From an uncultured Desulfobacter sp. (GTDB lineage Bacteria > Desulfobacterota > Desulfobacteria > Desulfobacterales > Desulfobacteraceae), in assembly GCA_963665095.1 (NCBI GenBank), contig OY762069.1, positions 4,704,001 to 4,768,000 of the forward strand: a stretch of DNA of 64,000 nt, read 5' to 3'. The stretch's first letter is position 1. Every line of letters starts with the position of its first letter. A program made the position numbers and the translations under genes. The notes under the pieces are model-generated. The model was not told the origin of the DNA. It searched no databases and saw nothing but the letters and a program-made list of their open reading frames with translations. Positions 29,001 through 37,893 of this stretch are shown here, piece after piece.

Positions 29001-29716
29001 CTTTGGAAGGACTGCCTGCCGTGGATATTGACACAGAGACCCAAAGCCTGACCGAACAGATCAGCCGCCAGCCCACACCGGACGAGGTGATCATGTACCT
29101 GAATCATCCGGCAGATGCCTTGAAAACCATTATTTTCAGGGAAGAGTTTGGGGACCCCAACAACCTGCCCCTGGATGTCTGGTTTGAAGGGCTTGAAACC
29201 GGGCAGGTGCTTGAGTTCAGGGACGGGGCCGGAAAGCTTCATTCCATGACCATCCTCAAGGTGGGACGGCCGGACGCCACGGGCATGGCAGATGTGCGGT
29301 ACACCCTGAACGGTGAGCTGTTTTTCCATTCAGTCAAGGTGGCCGAATCCACTGGAGCGGGTGCCGATAGTATTGAAATGGCAGACAAAACAGATCCGGG
29401 CCAGGTGGCCTCCCCAAGCCGCGGTGATCTGTGGATTATGTATGTCAAACCCGGTGATGTGGTGAAAAAGGGCGAGGAGCTGTTCAACATCACCATCATG
29501 AAGCAGGAGAAAGCCGTGCTTTCTCCCATGGATGGTGTGGTCTCCCGGGTGCTCAAGGTGGCCGACTTCAAGTATGACAAAAAGATGGTTCCGGTCCAGG
29601 AAGGCGAACTTCTGGTGGAGCTGGCACCCTTAAGTGGTGCCTGCAAGGCCTGCGGGGCACCGGTCAAGGACCCGGATTTCATTTTCTGCCCCAAGTGCGG
29701 CGGGGCGTTTAAATAA
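26033..29716 (+). CDS. pyc: Pyruvate carboxylase with C-terminal zinc ribbon
   Basis: Biotin carboxylase (LVANRG, GGGGRG, QRNHQK, EVNTRLQVEH), carboxyltransferase (LKDMAG, HRH, VTPGSQ), biotinyl IMKQ. Confidence 0.95.
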   Translation: MKTFDEVKQEIRNKKILVANRGITARRIIRSIREVLQGIPVLTVTEVDKTAPFTSGAQELIYLGENPRAYLNIDKVLKLAKENGIAAIHPGWGFASEDSSFPAKCEDAGILFVGPPTEPMRLLGNKVRVRELAIKLDVPVVPGSEDSVEVAEARKIAREIGLPVMLKAEGGGGGRGIYEVYNMDDLETAFSKASVLAQASFGNPRIYVEKLLMDVRHIEIQVIADRYGNVFAFDERDCTVQRNHQKLVEITPSPWPGMTRELRDRLKEYARKLVTEVGYYSLATVEFLVDREGNPYLIEVNTRLQVEHGITETRYGIDLVEEQIAIAFGSTLRFTEENMRPDAHVIQVRLNCEDPRNGFAPNAGPISRYLSPGGPGIRIDSCIAGGYDFPANYDSAAALLIAFGESWEKSLAVMGRALKEYIIGGLKTTIPFHQKIIDHPVFQSGDYTTRFVETTPELMLYRDSEPEGLRLSRLVAEISALGYNPHVQLSEYRGVADKRVGRFKPVLPSRSHGALKPVYPRNDRQALLDFIRDSDYIHFSDTTPRDTTQSNTGNRFRLAEDRLIGPYLDQCGFFSIENGGGAHFHVAMMANMTYPFNEARVWDQFAPLTPKQILVRSTNLLGYKPQPRNLMRLTSEMICEHHDIVRCFDFLNHIENMRPFAETVMNAKGNVFEPAVSLSWAKGFDVAHYMGVVDEIVALVADVSGLSPEKASSQFILGLKDMAGVCPPRFISKLVESLRKAYPDLILHYHRHCTDGLFVPSVGAAAKAGAQIIDTALGAAVRWYGQGEVLSTAAYFEDELGLKTNLNKDAIRTCNFVLKQIMPYYDRYTSPYFQGVDHDAVRHAMPGGATSSSQEGAMKQGYIRLLPYMLKFLEGTRQIIRYHDVTPGSQITWNTAFLAVTSAFKRGGEDEVRHLLWVLDQVVTSGDGNLQESLKAERLMLYKESNDAFRNLLLGKFGRMPLGFPPDWVYESAFGDQWQNAIASRTSVSPLEGLPAVDIDTETQSLTEQISRQPTPDEVIMYLNHPADALKTIIFREEFGDPNNLPLDVWFEGLETGQVLEFRDGAGKLHSMTILKVGRPDATGMADVRYTLNGELFFHSVKVAESTGAGADSIEMADKTDPGQVASPSRGDLWIMYVKPGDVVKKGEELFNITIMKQEKAVLSPMDGVVSRVLKVADFKYDKKMVPVQEGELLVELAPLSGACKACGAPVKDPDFIFCPKCGGAFK

Positions 29717-29737
29717 AGAAGACGAATTGGTTGTTTC

Positions 29738-29776
29738 CCCCTGGTTGCGCTATTTCTAAGGCCAGCCAGGGGTTTT
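29738..29776 (+). terminator. Rho-independent terminator of pyc
   Basis: cccctggttg / cagccagggg followed by TTTT. Confidence 0.6.
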
Positions 29777-29778
29777 GT

Positions 29779-30228
29779 TTAACTTAGTTGTTTTCTGGCC
29801 AGAAGTTTGGCGTCAATCAAGTCCCTGTGACTCAGGTTCAAAAGGTCTGACAGCCTGTGGATAAAATGGTCTTCGTTGGCTTCAAGATGTCCGTCTATCA
29901 GTATAATTCTCCATAGGGCGGTTATCAGATCAAATTTCTCTTTTTCACTGAGGTGGGTGTTTAAAAAACGGGTATACCGGAAAAGCTCCACATGTTCTTT
30001 CCGCTCTTTATCCCTGTCCGCAAGAAGATCCTCTATTTCACGGGGTGACACCCCATAGTTTGTTTCAAGGGTTTGGATCAGGTGATCTTTTTCCCGTTTG
30101 CCGCACCGGCCATCTGCAAAGGCAGCATCAAACAGCAGGACTGTCAGGGCCAGTTCAACGGTGAGGCCGCCCTGTTCCGGTAAAGCGTCATAATCTCCCC
30201 GGATAATTTTTTTAATGTAGTCAAACAT
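29779..30228 (-). CDS. TerB family protein
   Basis: AAFADG, LWRIILIDG...EDHFIHRLSDLLNL motifs. Confidence 0.85.
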   Translation of the reverse strand: MFDYIKKIIRGDYDALPEQGGLTVELALTVLLFDAAFADGRCGKREKDHLIQTLETNYGVSPREIEDLLADRDKERKEHVELFRYTRFLNTHLSEKEKFDLITALWRIILIDGHLEANEDHFIHRLSDLLNLSHRDLIDAKLLARKQLS

Positions 30229-30456
30229 AGGCTGTTGCGGTCCCTGTTATAAACCCTGTGAAAATCAAAATCGCATGCAAAAGGACGGGGTTTCATAAAG
30301 TCAAGCCGGGCAGGCGTCCAGACAGTTCTTTAACAACAGTAAGGCCAGCAATGCAGTGAGTCAAGTCATCATATGACTGTAACAAAATTTTCAATATTTG
30401 AATAAAACAAAAAATATACTGCACCGGGGGCAGAACCTCGAAATATTATTCAATAC

Positions 30457-30645
30457 TTAAAAGTAGTTGCTTGCTACTTTGTCCTCTGGTTTGACATGGA
30501 TCCGGGCCACTTTGCCTGCAGCAGTGGAAACGATGGGATTTTCCATTTTCATGGCTTCAAGGATGAGAAGTTCCTGGCCTTCGGCTACATTTTCCCCCTC
30601 ATTGACATGAATATTTAAAATGGTCCCTGGCAAAGGCACCGCCAT
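30457..30645 (-). pseudogene. Biotin carboxyl carrier domain fragment
   Basis: PLPGTI...EG...GQELLILEAMKMENPI; begins inside the thiolase remnant and ends prematurely. Confidence 0.8.
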
Positions 30646-31082
30646 TCACATTCACCTTTTCCTCAGGGACTTCAAGCGCCTTCATCCAGGCCAGAGGCAC
30701 ACTGGCAAAGGCTTCATTGATTTCAAACCGGTCGATCCGGTCAATGGTCAAACCGGCCCGTTTCAACGCCAGGCGTGTGCCGGGAATAACACCGTCCAGC
30801 ATCTCTTTTGGATGGACCCCCCAGTTGGCATTGGCCACAATGCGAGCCCTTGGCTTTAATCCATACTCTTTTACAAATTCTTCACAGACCAGCAATGACA
30901 GTGATGCTCCGTCACAAAGACCGGAAGAGGCCGCGGCATGGATGAACCCGTTTTCCTTAAAAGGTCGCGGCAGGCTGTTGATTTTTTCAGCTGTGGTCTC
31001 GGGCTTGATATTGGTATCACGATCCAGGATTTTAGTATTCCCGTCTTCATCGGTATACGGGATTGGAATGATCTCTTTTTGT
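30635..31082 (-). pseudogene. Internal fragment of a thiolase
   Basis: SSGLCDGA, GLKPRARI, FEINEAFA, VNVNGGA; lacks N-terminal Cys region and GHP motif. Confidence 0.9.
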
Positions 31083-31624
31083 ATTTCTTCAGCATCGGGA
31101 TACATACGCTCACCTAACTTTTCCCACCATCGCTGAATACTTCTGACCGCAAATTGAGCAGTGTCATTATCAGTCCCCACATTAACCCAGCCCAAATTGT
31201 GGGTGATATCGTATGCTCCGTATGGCGTTACTTTTCCCAGTTCCTTGTCGATAAAATCATACGCCTCCACTTCCAACGGATGTTTTGCCTTTTGCCATTC
31301 ACGCCCTTTGTTTGCAAAGTTTCCAACTAGTTCCTTTTTCTTGGCATCCACAGAGATCACAGGGCAACCACGATCTTGAAATTCTTCAGTTGCTGTTGCA
31401 ATATATTCAAACTGAGAATTCCTATCTGGATGCTGGCTCCCCTCAAAACGTTTTTGGTTGCTTTGGAGGCTATATCCTAAATTTTTGAGCAGGGCTCGTA
31501 CGCTTGTTGGCGACACGGGATAGCCCTGATTTTTTAATTCATCAGACAAATTGTATGTGCTTTTACAAGTCCATCGCAACGGTAGCATTGGATCTCCACT
31601 TGAAGCGATTTTTGATTGATTCAT
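31083..31624 (-). mobile_element. Truncated ISAzo13-family transposase, fused in frame to the thiolase fragment
   Basis: GDPMLPLRWTCKST, GYSLQSN, HPDRNSQF, ISVDAKKKELVGNF, PYGAYD, DTAQFAV..I.RWW motifs. Confidence 0.88.
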
Positions 31625-31908
31625 ATGATAAGGCCTTCATACGAAAGTATGATATGGAATCTCTATAAAGACACTCTATTTATTTACGCGCAATTCCTTA
31701 TCTTGACAAGACACTGCTTTTTGTCCTACTCAGTTTCTACATGCCAGACAATGGTTACGCCGATGAACGGGCTGTTTTGGGTTGCTGGAAAAAAGTGCCG
31801 GCAATACTTTTGGAACGAATAGGAAATCAGGCAACCGGCAGTGTGGAGATATGTGGTAAAAAGAAAATGTATTGATGCTTATGTAATACATTTGATAAGA
31901 TTTATACC

Positions 31909-34900
31909 ATGGAATCAGAAGTCCGTTTAATTGCATATGAAGATGAAATGACACGGGAAATCCGCAGACTTTCCGCACTTGTCCCCCCACCTGTATCTCT
32001 GGACGTCATCTGCGCCATTACCAGCCGTCCCCCGGTAAGAGCGCTCCAGGTCGTTGAAAACCTGGTCAGTAACGGCTACCTTTCCAGGTACAAAGAAAAA
32101 GGGGCTGGCTATTATTACTTATCCGATTTTAAATCCGCCCGGCAGCGCCTGCTTAATGAACCCAGGGACCAGGTCTTTACTCTGGCCCGGAAAGCAGTGG
32201 CCGGGGTGTGCCGGTATATGCCGGACAACCTACGGCGCTGGCTGAATCTTGCCCATATTTATCAGGTGTCGGGTCTGCCCATCAAACATTTCAGGGAGGT
32301 GATCAAAGCCGGCAACCACTGCCTGCACCTGAACCTTCCACTGGATGCGGCAGCATATTATCGGATGGCCCTGGAGGCCATGGAACCGGCGGAACTTAGT
32401 GAAAAAGAGAAAATTTTTTTCATTGATTCGGCCATTAATCTTTGCACCTGCAGGGACACGGCTCTATCCAGAAGCCTTCAGCGCCGTTTTCTAAGCACAG
32501 CGCTCAAATTCAGCAAACAGGTTGACTCCCCCATTCGTACCGTAAAGCTCACTGTTCTCATCGGGAAAACTTTTTTCAGAACCATTCACTCCCATGAAAC
32601 TGAAAAGTACCTTAACGAAGCTTCGGAAATGCTCTCCAATCAGGAGTTGCCCTCCGAGCTCAGGGTTCAGGTGGCACTGGCCAATTCCGAGCTCTATTTC
32701 TGGCAGGGATATATTACCAAGTCCATTGAGTGTTATGAGAACGTATTGGGCAGCCACGAAGAACTGCCCTCGGATGTGGAGACCCTGAAGTGTTATATCC
32801 GCATGGGATGGGTATACGGGATTGCCGGGGAAACGGCCCGGGGGTTAGGCCTTATCCGTGCCGTACGAAAAAAAGCACGGGATCTTGAGGCCAAAGACCT
32901 TGAACGGTACGCCACATTGATGATGGCCATTGTTTTGTCCGATGTCCGAAGAGTTGATGAAGGAGAGGTGTTTCTCAGAAAAGTATTTGACACCCCGCCG
33001 GAACTGCTTGACCACTGGACCCTGTGGCCGGGAAACGGCAAGCGCGCCTTTTTTGCCTATTGCCGGGGGAACTTTGAAGATGCCTTTAAATTCCAGGATA
33101 TGGCCTGGGAGAATGCCAAAGCCATCGGAACCTGCCACCACAAAGGCGCCGACAACATTGAGGTCATGCTGGGCCTGGAAGAACGGGGTATGGTTCATCC
33201 GGAGTGGAATTTTGACTATGATGTACAGCGGCTGCTGGGCTGGCCTGACATTTATATGCAGGGGGTTGCCTACCGGTTTAAGGCCCTTCGGGCGTATCGC
33301 CAGAAAAAAGATACAAGCCTGGTCAAAGAAGATTTAAAGAAAAGCCTGAGCCTTTTGAACCGGGCCGGCGCCAGAATTGAACTGGCTCACTCCCAGGTCC
33401 TCATGGCCCGGGTCTACATTGATGAAAAAAAGATTCCAAGAGCAGAACGGCTGCTGAAAAAAGCCTGGGAGATATTCCGTCAAATTAATCCCAACCTTCT
33501 CCCCAAAGACCTGAAGCCCTATCTGGATAAAACATCAAAAAATGCCCTGTGGGTGAACTCCCTTTTAAAGGTCAGCAATGCCCTGATATCCGTCAGGAAC
33601 AAAAAGGAGATGCTCAACAAAATTATCCGGCAGGCCATGCAGATTGCCGGGGCGGAACGGGGCGGTATTTTCCTTCGCCAGTCCCGGGGGCTGGAGATGG
33701 CCGCCAGCCGGAACCTGGATATGAATGAAATCCACGGTGCCCGGTTTTCCGAAGAGATGGACCTGATTAAAAAGGTGTTTAAATCAGGCAAAGAGATTAT
33801 TCGGAAACCCAAAAATTTCCAGGAGGATGACAGCCTTTGTTCCGATACCATTGGGTGGGCAGGAGGTTTTCCCATCCGGGTGAAGTCCCTTGTGATCGGT
33901 GTCATTTTTATGGACCGTGGCCCCACCCCGCTGCAGTTCCCCGAGGACGAGGTTGCCCTTTTGCGGATCATCAGCAATCAGATTGCTGCCGCCTTGGATA
34001 ATATGGATGCCTATGAAGAGATCATAGACCTGAATCAGGAGCTGGAGGCCGAGGCCCATCTTTACCGGGAAATCAATGAGTTTGACACAGACGCTCCCTG
34101 CATGATCGGGCATTCGGATGTGTTTAAAAAAATGCTGGCCCTGGTGAAAAAGGTGGCGGCATCGGACACCACCGTGATGATCACCGGTGAAACCGGCGTG
34201 GGCAAAGATATGGTGGCCCAGGCCATTCATCACCACTCCAGTCGATCTTCCCATCCATTTATCGCCGTAAACCTCGTCTCTTTAAGCCCGGAGCTGATTG
34301 CAAGCGAGTTGTTCGGCCATGAAAAAGGCGCGTTTACCGGGGCTTCCCAGGGTAGGAAAGGCCGCTTCGAACTGGCCAGCCGGGGCACCCTGTTTCTGGA
34401 TGACATTGACGCCTTTTCCCTGGATATTCAGGTTAAAATGCTCAGGGTGCTTGAAACAAGGCAGTTTGAACGGGTGGGCGGCAACCAGACGCTTAAAACA
34501 AACTTCCGGCTCCTGGCCTCGAGCAACCGAAACCTGGAGGAACTGGTGGCAAGAGGGCTGTTCAGATCAGATTTTTATTACCGCCTCAATGTCTTTCCCA
34601 TCCACATACCCCCGTTAAGGGAAAGAATAGAAGACATCCCTGTACTTGCAGCTTACTTCATGCAGATGTTTACCAAAAAACTTGGAAAGCAGTTTGATGT
34701 CATTGCCCGGCGGGATATGGAACGCCTGATAAACTACCCCTGGCCCGGGAATATCAGGGAGCTTCGCCATGTCATGGAACGGGCCGTGCTGTTGAGCCGG
34801 AACGGCAGATTGACCATACCGGAGCTGGATGCGGGTCTGTCAACGTCCAAAACAAAACAGGAGCCGATTTTACCATACAGGGAGATGGAAGCCCGGTATA

Positions 34901-35046
34901 TTGTCCGGGTTCTGAACCATTGCCAGGGGAAAATCAGCGGCCAGGGCGGCGCTGCCGAACTGATGGATCTAAAGCCCACCACCTTGTATTCAAAAATGAA
35001 ACGGCTTGGGATTAAAAAAGATATCTACCGCCGGCAGCAGACTTGA
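31909..35046 (+). CDS. Large sigma-54 enhancer-binding protein (wHTH/TPR-like, GAF, AAA+, HTH)
   Basis: GETGVGK, SELFGHEKGAFTGA, FRSDFYYRLNV, YPWPGNIREL, GAAELMDLKPTTLYSKMKRLGI. Confidence 0.93.
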   Translation: MESEVRLIAYEDEMTREIRRLSALVPPPVSLDVICAITSRPPVRALQVVENLVSNGYLSRYKEKGAGYYYLSDFKSARQRLLNEPRDQVFTLARKAVAGVCRYMPDNLRRWLNLAHIYQVSGLPIKHFREVIKAGNHCLHLNLPLDAAAYYRMALEAMEPAELSEKEKIFFIDSAINLCTCRDTALSRSLQRRFLSTALKFSKQVDSPIRTVKLTVLIGKTFFRTIHSHETEKYLNEASEMLSNQELPSELRVQVALANSELYFWQGYITKSIECYENVLGSHEELPSDVETLKCYIRMGWVYGIAGETARGLGLIRAVRKKARDLEAKDLERYATLMMAIVLSDVRRVDEGEVFLRKVFDTPPELLDHWTLWPGNGKRAFFAYCRGNFEDAFKFQDMAWENAKAIGTCHHKGADNIEVMLGLEERGMVHPEWNFDYDVQRLLGWPDIYMQGVAYRFKALRAYRQKKDTSLVKEDLKKSLSLLNRAGARIELAHSQVLMARVYIDEKKIPRAERLLKKAWEIFRQINPNLLPKDLKPYLDKTSKNALWVNSLLKVSNALISVRNKKEMLNKIIRQAMQIAGAERGGIFLRQSRGLEMAASRNLDMNEIHGARFSEEMDLIKKVFKSGKEIIRKPKNFQEDDSLCSDTIGWAGGFPIRVKSLVIGVIFMDRGPTPLQFPEDEVALLRIISNQIAAALDNMDAYEEIIDLNQELEAEAHLYREINEFDTDAPCMIGHSDVFKKMLALVKKVAASDTTVMITGETGVGKDMVAQAIHHHSSRSSHPFIAVNLVSLSPELIASELFGHEKGAFTGASQGRKGRFELASRGTLFLDDIDAFSLDIQVKMLRVLETRQFERVGGNQTLKTNFRLLASSNRNLEELVARGLFRSDFYYRLNVFPIHIPPLRERIEDIPVLAAYFMQMFTKKLGKQFDVIARRDMERLINYPWPGNIRELRHVMERAVLLSRNGRLTIPELDAGLSTSKTKQEPILPYREMEARYIVRVLNHCQGKISGQGGAAELMDLKPTTLYSKMKRLGIKKDIYRRQQT

Positions 35047-35085
35047 AAAAAAGCCTGCCGCCTCCGAGGGATGGAGGCGGCAGGC
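35046..35085 (-). terminator. Rho-independent terminator of the demethylase operon
   Basis: 13-bp perfect stem gcctgccgcctcc / ggaggcggcaggc followed by T7 on the minus strand. Confidence 0.85.
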
Positions 35086-35145
35086 AATTAAGAAAGAGCG
35101 CAATAAGGACCTGGAACACAAAAAATTTTTTTATGTTCCATGGGG

Positions 35146-36123
35146 TTAAAACATCTTCTTGCTCATCTCATCAATGGCTTTGGAAGCAGCATCGTACACT
35201 CCGGGAAAGGAGCTGATGCCAAGGCCCTGGGTCAGGCAGGGGATGAAATATTTTGTGCCGCACTCGGTGCATGCCTTTTCCACGGCCTTTTCAATATCTT
35301 CCACCTTCCAGTCCTGGTGGTCCAGGGGCCCTGAATCCAGCTGCCCCATGAAGGTGAGCTGGCCGCCATACTGCTTGATCAGCTCCGGGGTATTGTTGGT
35401 GGTCATCACCCCCTGCCAGATGTCGATCCCCATCTCAATCATAAAGGGCACCAGATTGGCGGCATAGGAGTCACTGTGGTGGACAATCAGCTCCACGCCG
35501 TTGTCCTTCCAGAACCCGTAAACCTTTTTGTACGCCGGCAAATAAAATTCCTCAAACATATCCGGAGACATAAAGGAAGAGATCTGGCTGCCCCAGTCAT
35601 CATGATGAAAAAGGGCATCGGGCTTAAGGTATTTTACAACCTCTTTGGCGTGGGCAATTTCGTAATCACAGAGACAGTCAATGAGTTCAGCCATGCATTC
35701 GGGCTCTTCGTAAAGCCCCATCATGGCATCTTCCATTCCCATGAGGCTGTGGGTCATCTCAAAGATGCCCGGCGCATAAAACAGCGCCACATATTTATCA
35801 TTGCGATCCACGGATTCCGCCTGTTTGATCGCAGTCGCCCAGTTTTCTTCAGGAAAAATCACCGAAGGCACCGTGATCTCCTCTTTCCACCTGGTAATGT
35901 CTTTCAGGGCTTTGAGTGATTCAGTATGTACGGGGAACGGGCCCAGCTGATCTTTGGGCCAGCTGTAGGTAATGCCCCACTCATTGACAATGGTTTCTCC
36001 GGGCTGGGCCTTGATTCTGCGAGGTGCTGTCAGGATCACCTCCATGAACTCGTACTGGTTGACGTACCGGTCGGGATTTCCGCCTTTCATGGTTTCAATC
36101 AGATTTTGTCGTTTGGTTAGCAT
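35146..36123 (-). CDS. Substrate:corrinoid methyltransferase I (URO-D/MtaA fold; VdmB-like O-demethylase)
   Basis: N-terminus MLTKRQNLIETMKGGNPDRYVNQYE, HHDDWG, HSDS, GIDIWQG; adjacent to corrinoid protein. Confidence 0.85.
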   Translation of the reverse strand: MLTKRQNLIETMKGGNPDRYVNQYEFMEVILTAPRRIKAQPGETIVNEWGITYSWPKDQLGPFPVHTESLKALKDITRWKEEITVPSVIFPEENWATAIKQAESVDRNDKYVALFYAPGIFEMTHSLMGMEDAMMGLYEEPECMAELIDCLCDYEIAHAKEVVKYLKPDALFHHDDWGSQISSFMSPDMFEEFYLPAYKKVYGFWKDNGVELIVHHSDSYAANLVPFMIEMGIDIWQGVMTTNNTPELIKQYGGQLTFMGQLDSGPLDHQDWKVEDIEKAVEKACTECGTKYFIPCLTQGLGISSFPGVYDAASKAIDEMSKKMF

Positions 36124-36144
36124 GATATGAACCTCCTTTTGATT

Positions 36145-36783
36145 TTATGCTGCGGTGACCAGTTCCCTGGCTTTGGTAGCGGCGCCGCCTGCATCAGCAG
36201 CGTAGCCGTCAGCCCCAATTTCATCTGCAAACTCCTGGGTGACCGGGGCACCGCCCACAATGACCTTAAACCCGTCAAGGCCGCTCTTTTTGATGGCTTG
36301 AACCGTTTGCTTCAAGGCGGGCATGGTGGTGGACAACAGCCCGGAACACGCCACAATGGTCACATTTTCATTGGATTTAATGGCCTCCACAAATGCTTCC
36401 GGGGAGACATCCACGCCGAGGTCCACAACCTTGAACCCTGCACTTTCCACCATCATGGAGACCAGATTTTTGCCAATGTCGTGCAAATCCCCCTGAACCG
36501 TCCCAATAATGCAGGTGCCAAGCCCGGCGGTCGCGTCATCCCCTGCCAGATGGGGCTTCAGCACTTCAACGCCCTTTGACATGGCCTTGGCCGCAATAAG
36601 CATCTCCGGAACAAACAGGGCCCCAGTGGAGAACTTTTCCCCCACCACCCCCATGCCATCCACCATGGCCTGAAGAATATCAGCAGGTGAATCCCCGGCA
36701 TCAATGGCCTCCTGGACAATCCCGGGCAACAGTTTAGTCTTCCCCTTTTCAGTATTTTCCTGAACCTCACTCAATTTCGACAT
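36145..36783 (-). CDS. Corrinoid (B12-binding) protein
   Basis: FVPEMLIAA, GDLHDIGKNLV (DxHxxG), DLGVDV, VGGAPV motifs. Confidence 0.95.
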   Translation of the reverse strand: MSKLSEVQENTEKGKTKLLPGIVQEAIDAGDSPADILQAMVDGMGVVGEKFSTGALFVPEMLIAAKAMSKGVEVLKPHLAGDDATAGLGTCIIGTVQGDLHDIGKNLVSMMVESAGFKVVDLGVDVSPEAFVEAIKSNENVTIVACSGLLSTTMPALKQTVQAIKKSGLDGFKVIVGGAPVTQEFADEIGADGYAADAGGAATKARELVTAA

Positions 36784-36849
36784 AATATCTCCTCACATTT
36801 TTTATTTTCACTTGACTTAACATACTATTAATTCTTTAACCGGGGCTCG

Positions 36850-36972
36850 TGTTTGGACGAGAAGTTGCCCAGATGCAAGGCGCTTGGGAATTTGCAACCG
36901 AGCAACCTTTTCGGTTGTGAGGATTGCAGATTCCCATGCAACGCCGCAGGTGGCTGACTTCTCGTTCAAACA
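36850..36972. mobile_element. 123-bp MITE-like element with terminal inverted repeats
   Basis: tgtttggacgagaagt / acttctcgttcaaaca (15 of 16 match), nested inner inverted repeats, second copy at 24906. Confidence 0.8.
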
Positions 36973-37776
36973 TCAGTTTACAGGGCCGAACAGGCCTTCC
37001 CTGTACCCGCTGATATATTCCATGCAAAACTCATCCATCCCCATGCAGGCCTCTGCTGCATAAATCAACCCCATCATATGCTTATGCAATGGATTGATAA
37101 TGGCCGAATCCATGCCCGCACCAATGGCCAGCACAAGAAACGCCTGGTTGACAAACTTTCTGGCCGGCAGATTAAAGGAGATATTGGAAGCCCCGCCGGT
37201 AATGTGAATGGCAGGATACCGGCGCTTGATCTCCTTCATAACCTCAATAATTGGAAGAATGCCCTCTTCAGCCGTGCACAGCATCTCAACCAGCGGGTCA
37301 ATGTGCAGCCGGGAGGGATCAATATTGTATGCTTTGGCTTTTTTCATTATCTCTTCAAATACCTCAAGGCGCTTTTCCGCAGATTTTGGAATCCCGGTAT
37401 CATCGCACAACAACGCGGCACATTCCCATTTGGTATCTGCAATTTTAGGAAAGATCACCTCAACTTTATCACCTTCCATGGATACGGAGTTGATCAATCC
37501 GGGCTTTTTGCAGAAATCAATACATTGGGCGCAGATTCCGGCATCCGGACTGTCAATGGCAATGGGCGTGTCCGTAACTTCCTGGACCAGGTCGATGAGC
37601 CACTTCATGGTGTCAAGTTCTATGGCAACGTCTGTGGAGGCGCATACATCAATGAAGCTTGAACCGGCTTCTGTCTGGGTGGCTGCAAGATTCTTGATAT
37701 GGCCTTCATCTTTTTCTGCAATGGCCTGGGCAACCGAGGGAATGGCCCCGTTAATTTTTTCTCCGATAATAATCAT
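36973..37776 (-). CDS. Methylcorrinoid:tetrahydrofolate methyltransferase (MT II, pterin-binding)
   Basis: MIIIGEKING, IAIDSP, LINSVS, IDPLV, GASNISFNLP, GMDSAI motifs. Confidence 0.93.
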   Translation of the reverse strand: MIIIGEKINGAIPSVAQAIAEKDEGHIKNLAATQTEAGSSFIDVCASTDVAIELDTMKWLIDLVQEVTDTPIAIDSPDAGICAQCIDFCKKPGLINSVSMEGDKVEVIFPKIADTKWECAALLCDDTGIPKSAEKRLEVFEEIMKKAKAYNIDPSRLHIDPLVEMLCTAEEGILPIIEVMKEIKRRYPAIHITGGASNISFNLPARKFVNQAFLVLAIGAGMDSAIINPLHKHMMGLIYAAEACMGMDEFCMEYISGYREGLFGPVN

Positions 37777-37893
37777 ACTGAAATATCCTTCATTTATTTG
37801 TTATCTTTCACGCATTCACAGGGTGTCCCATGAATTTCCTATACGTTGTTTCAGGCCGGGCACAGATTCAGAAAACCCGGGAACAGGTGGCGG

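Noticed and set aside
29779..30228. Tellurite-resistance island (TerB plus TelA)
   Set aside because: The genes are about 29 kb apart, no other ter genes are present, and stand-alone TerB is common
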